Source: Girardia tigrina (Eukaryota). Taken from it: a stretch of DNA of 51,500 bases. A program made the translations under genes and the position numbers. Below, piece after piece: positions 50,105 to 51,500 of the stretch. Under the pieces are notes generated by a model. The model saw only the letters and a program-made list of their open reading frames with translations. It was not told the DNA's origin and searched no databases. The stretch lies in contig MQRK01232526.1 of assembly GCA_001938485.1 (NCBI GenBank), positions 8,973-60,472 on the forward strand. Reading direction: 5' to 3'. Numbering within the stretch: position 1 is the first letter of the stretch; every line of letters starts with the position of its first letter.

Positions 50105-51500
50105 TAACACAATATCAAGTTCGTGTTTGTTCATTTTAATGTGATCCATATGCAATCACTCTCTCGCTTCCTTAATGATTATTTATATATTTCTTAAATA
50201 AAGGAGAATTTATTATTGTTAGTGTTGTTTGGAGATGATGGTCAATCCTTCGAAATTGATCACAATAAATTCTGATAAAGTTACACAAATTATGAAATAC
50301 GTTGAATTTTATTTTTTTAAATTGTTTTTGTTGTTAAATTTTGGATTTTTCTCAGAATATCAATTCCAAATTCATTAGTCTCGCTGTTTGAATTCCTAGT
50401 TTTCAGGAATTATTGAATTCAATCGTTGATAATTTGTCTCATTGATATCGCATTTCGGTAAGACTTACTTTTGATTGAATATTTTTTTTTAGTTTGGGAA
50501 TATTTATTTCAACTTCTTTGCCCGACCACAGAAAGTTTTTTTCGATACCGAGCTTTTATATGCATAATTTCATTGAATCATTAGTTGAATCAACAATCTA
50601 AAATTACATTAGGTCAGGTAATATTATATTATTTTTATTTAATAAGACTGTAGGCTTCAATCAGTAAAATTTCAAATTTATATAACCTCATGTTTCTGTT
50701 AGGTTGAGTATTTGCTTCCATTTTCTAAATAAAAGAAAACGTTAATATTTTCAAATTTTATTAAAAATATGAAAGCTAAAAATTTATATTTAAATAAATT
50801 TTCTTTTTTTAATTTTTTAATTTTTATTTCCGAAATATTTTTTATTTTGATTATAACTAGAAATTTTAAATAACAATATTTTTATAAATTGCTATATTTT
50901 TAAAAATTGAAAATTATCGATTACAATCTCTTACAGTTGCAGCTTTTTGGATAAGACAGCGTCTACTATATAAATGGTGTCTCGATGCTAAGGCAACGGT
51001 TATTTCTCATATATGCGGAACTACCGTCAGGAAGAGTATTTTACGTAACATAAGATTTCGGTAGCAGGACAATTCAGTACCGTCGTTTTGGTTCCCAAGT
51101 TTTCAAAATCTTTCCTTGAAAAAGTTAATGTTATCCCTAACAAGTGTATTTGTATATCGATATCATGTATTTGATGCACATTTTGATTCTCTATTTGAAT
51201 GTGCAATTCAAATTTTCATATATTGATTACTTTTTTCTACAATTAGCATAATGTATAAATTTACACAAAGTGCACATTGATTTTAAAGGTACAAGGAAGC
51301 AGAATATCAGAAAAGTGCTCATACACTTGAATAGGAAACTACATACGTACATTCAGATTCAACATCAACATTTTCGAAAAGGTGCTGATAAATCGATTTT
51401 TTCGAAAATTTTTGAAATTCTCAAAAAAGTGCTCAAAAATCTATTTTTTCGTACATATCTGAAACCCCTATGATATATGTATGTTGTTTACCATCAAACA

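Larger units (their letters stand above)
45940..50172 (-). mobile_element. Old Gypsy pol remnant (RH-INT) in three pieces (about 50105-50172, 48006-48670, 45940-46407)
   Basis: SERVIAYGSH-KMNKHEL; NQHFKNFLYGK; EPFQKLYMNICGP; paralogous to the 31-34 kb element and split by MULE and Penelope insertions. Confidence 0.75.

Noticed and set aside
50105-50172. Gypsy fragment captured by Penelope template switching
   Set aside because: It is the upstream continuation of the Gypsy remnant at about 48670, so simple nested insertion explains it.

Overview
Very AT-rich, gap-ridden eukaryotic (probably invertebrate) DNA. The TE inventory and a 46-nt intron are compatible with a flatworm/planarian-type genome, but the species cannot be determined from the window. 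No intact host gene is visible. The window is a nested graveyard of transposons: Tc1/IS630-like, mariner DD34D, rosa/Visitor DD41D, pogo, hAT, MULE, two Ty3/Gypsy pol remnants, an RTE LINE 3' end and a Penelope GIY-YIG remnant. The most unusual signals are: (1) two homologous 1.1-1.2 kb insertions (7375-8585, 40747-41827) with asymmetric termini TGTAGTGA...CCAAA, exact 5-bp target-site duplications, an AT-rich left part and a CpG-rich right part whose reading frame runs off the end. They look like a solo-LTR-like or integrase-mobilised family with non-canonical TG...AA ends. (2) Six minimal type I hammerhead ribozyme motifs of Penelope type. (3) A non-tRNA SINE sharing its 3' tail with the local RTE LINE, with filled and empty sites both present. 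(4) A mosaic of unrelated host-gene fragments (importin-beta N-terminus fused in frame to an SLC25 carrier repeat). (5) A dense hairpin cluster at 15.2-15.7 kb. All alignments, translations and folds were done by eye.
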